A stretch of 44,487 bases of DNA, taken from the IMG/VR virus record IMGVR_UViG_3300049171_000067, positions 1 to 44,487 of that record; one strand, given 5' to 3'. This document shows, piece after piece, positions 42,885 to 44,487 of this stretch. The position numbers and the translations under genes were made by a program. The notes beneath the pieces are model-generated. The model was not told the DNA's origin. It saw only the letters and a program-made list of their open reading frames with translations, and did not search any database. This stretch comes from a virus (Duplodnaviria; Caudoviricetes). The first letter of the stretch is position 1; each line of letters opens with the position of its first letter.

Positions 42885-43061
42885 ATGGAGTTCCATATGT
42901 GGGATAGACAGCAGTTAGAGAAAATGGTGAATGGATCAATCAAAGCGACGAAAGCACAGATTAAACAGTTTGAAGCCGCAAATCAAGCGGAACAGCTTCG
43001 CACAGCTAAAAGTAGATTAAAGAGATATCTGGAGTTGTTGGAAAAGGTTCGAGCTTTGTAA
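42885..43061 (+). CDS. 58-aa helical hypothetical protein
   Basis: Translated by hand; SD AGGAGG. Confidence 0.55.
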   Translation: MEFHMWDRQQLEKMVNGSIKATKAQIKQFEAANQAEQLRTAKSRLKRYLELLEKVRAL

Positions 43062-43189
43062 GCAAAAGAGCCACCAAAACGGCGGCTCTATGCACAACCA
43101 TATGTCCTATTTAGATTTACGTCTGAATAGAACGTATGATCTTTATCATATCAAATGTGGCGATGTGTTCCATCCGGTAAAATCAACCA

Positions 43190-43390
43190 TTAGTTAACTA
43201 ACCATAGCATAAACGGAGTAAATACCCATGACATGAAAAGAGAAAATATAGGGATGATGATTAGACAAGCTATCATCATCCTCTGTTCCTTTTTGCTTCG
43301 TCCGATAAAAGGAGAAATAAGACGAACTGCGCCTATTAATAGAGCACAAACCCCAATAATGGCAAAAGACATCCAAACTTGCAGAGACAT
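43190..43390 (-). CDS. Small two-TM membrane protein
   Basis: SD AAAGGAGGT; two hydrophobic helices. Confidence 0.7.
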   Translation of the reverse strand: MSLQVWMSFAIIGVCALLIGAVRLISPFIGRSKKEQRMMIACLIIIPIFSLFMSWVFTPFMLWLVN

Positions 43391-43478
43391 ATATTTATAC
43401 CTCCTTTCGGAAAATTCATTATTTTACATAATATAACATCTTGATCAAAGGAAAAAGCCTCCCAGCGATTGAGAGACT

Positions 43479-44288
43479 TTACTCTGTTCCTAATATTGGA
43501 GTTGCTTTGTGGCCAGCAAGGAAAGGTGTTTCTTCTCCTTCAACGAATGCGTACATCATCGGCATTTCATCTGGTAACTTCATCGGAAGTTTACGCTTTT
43601 TAATCTCTTCCTCCATTTTGATGAGGTACGTTCCAATTGCTTCTTGGGCTTTTCTAGTAATAAGGTTCACTCTTGAATCTCTGGTAGTTACCCATGTAAT
43701 CGGGAAGAGTTTTCCGACCATTACAGCTAACATCATATAACGATGAATCTTTGTTTCTATTTTTCCGCCATTCTCTGATCCAGTGTCAAATTCAAGCAGG
43801 TGGCTACTGTCTTTAAGCTTTATCATAGCATCAGGGTTAACTGGCGATTTCTTTGGTTTCATTTGATAGTGCAGGAACGACATTGTGTCTCTGGTGGAAT
43901 ACCAGTTTTCAACAGGCAAACCAGCCTGAAAAGCTCGGCATAAGATTCTATTAGTCCCCATGAAATGACCAATTTGACCTCTGATAGATAATTCATCTTC
44001 TTCATATCCAAGTGCATCATCCCTCATAGCTTTCACATGCTGGATTCCTTTTTCTCCTAAAGTGTAGACGTATGGTGATCGATACTTTGGTCGCCAGGTA
44101 ATCAGATAATTCTTTCCTAGTGTCCGAATTCTTTGCAAAGCTCCATGTATTTGATTACTGGACCATCCAGTTACAATCTGCAATGTTTTTTGGTCCGTAA
44201 TTCGAAGACTGAAAATGACCCCCATCAATGTATCTGTCATGTTTCTGTATTCATATTCGCTTGGTTTTTCTAACCAGTGTGCAAGCAT
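43479..44288 (-). CDS. Replication-relaxation (Replic_Relax)-family protein, winged helix plus PD-(D/E)xK-like domain
   Basis: YVYTLGEKG, H...N, VNPDAMI...LLEFDTGSE...IETKIHRY; SD AAGGAGG. Confidence 0.75.
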   Translation of the reverse strand: MLAHWLEKPSEYEYRNMTDTLMGVIFSLRITDQKTLQIVTGWSSNQIHGALQRIRTLGKNYLITWRPKYRSPYVYTLGEKGIQHVKAMRDDALGYEEDELSIRGQIGHFMGTNRILCRAFQAGLPVENWYSTRDTMSFLHYQMKPKKSPVNPDAMIKLKDSSHLLEFDTGSENGGKIETKIHRYMMLAVMVGKLFPITWVTTRDSRVNLITRKAQEAIGTYLIKMEEEIKKRKLPMKLPDEMPMMYAFVEGEETPFLAGHKATPILGTE

Positions 44289-44487
44289 TTTAATTCCTCC
44301 TTATTGTTATCTATGCATTAATTAAACAGTAATCAGTCATTATATAAACATTATTCATCTTTAATTCAAAAAAATAAGAAATCACTTGGCACTATTCGGT
44401 TTAGCTGGCGGGATAGAGTCAAGACTTCCTAATTACATAACATAATGTAATTGATCATATCATGATCTTTTAATAATGGCTCCCGTC

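Larger units (their letters stand above)
1..44487. mobile_element. Temperate siphophage / phage-plasmid (plasmid prophage), probably a complete circular genome
   Basis: Complete head-tail-lysis, replication and immunity modules; ParA+RHH, second initiator and resolvase; no integrase and no host housekeeping genes seen; an imperfect stem closes across the 44487/1 junction and the minus-strand ATPase and relaxase-like genes become adjacent on circularisation. Confidence 0.85.

Noticed and set aside
43130-43141. Third LexA-like box GAACGTATGATC
   Set aside because: Mismatch in the conserved half-site and located between convergent genes with no obvious target
1-44487. tRNA/rRNA genes, att sites, terminal repeats, protelomerase, IS elements, reverse transcriptase/DGR
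   Set aside because: None recognisable by eye; tRNAscan-SE, Infernal and self-alignment would be needed to exclude them formally

Overview
The window reads as an essentially complete, probably circular, 44.5-kb temperate siphophage of a low-GC spore-forming Bacillota host. The Gp37-like tail module suggests Thermoactinomycetaceae, which is inference. It appears to be maintained as a plasmid rather than integrated: I see no integrase, but there is a ParA plus RHH partition cassette, a second plasmid-type initiator, a small serine resolvase with a res-like site, and a VirD4-like ATPase plus replication-relaxation pair that become neighbours if the ends are joined. Gene order: transfer ATPase; an operon of micro-ORFs; an HTH-TPR (RRNPP/arbitrium-like) receptor with unannotated peptide genes; two separate CI/Cro-like switches; ERF, SSB, initiator and DnaC-like loader; ArpU/RinA activator; morons and resolvase; terminase, head, tail and lysis genes; partition and plasmid replication. 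The most striking observations are: (1) the RHH partition gene contains 22.5 tandem 24-bp units built from the same TACAG octamer found in the parA promoter, so the centromere appears to be written into the coding sequence of its own binding protein; (2) the RRNPP receptor is followed by a secreted 42-aa propeptide ending FEPSCC and then a leaderless 10-aa peptide MGSDPVPPKR; (3) a pilus-less transfer module sits on a phage-plasmid; (4) a candidate +1 frameshift at TCC-TTT-CGA in the tail chaperone; (5) paralogous micro-proteins and several repeated hairpin elements. All family calls come from motif recognition by eye; no database searches were run.
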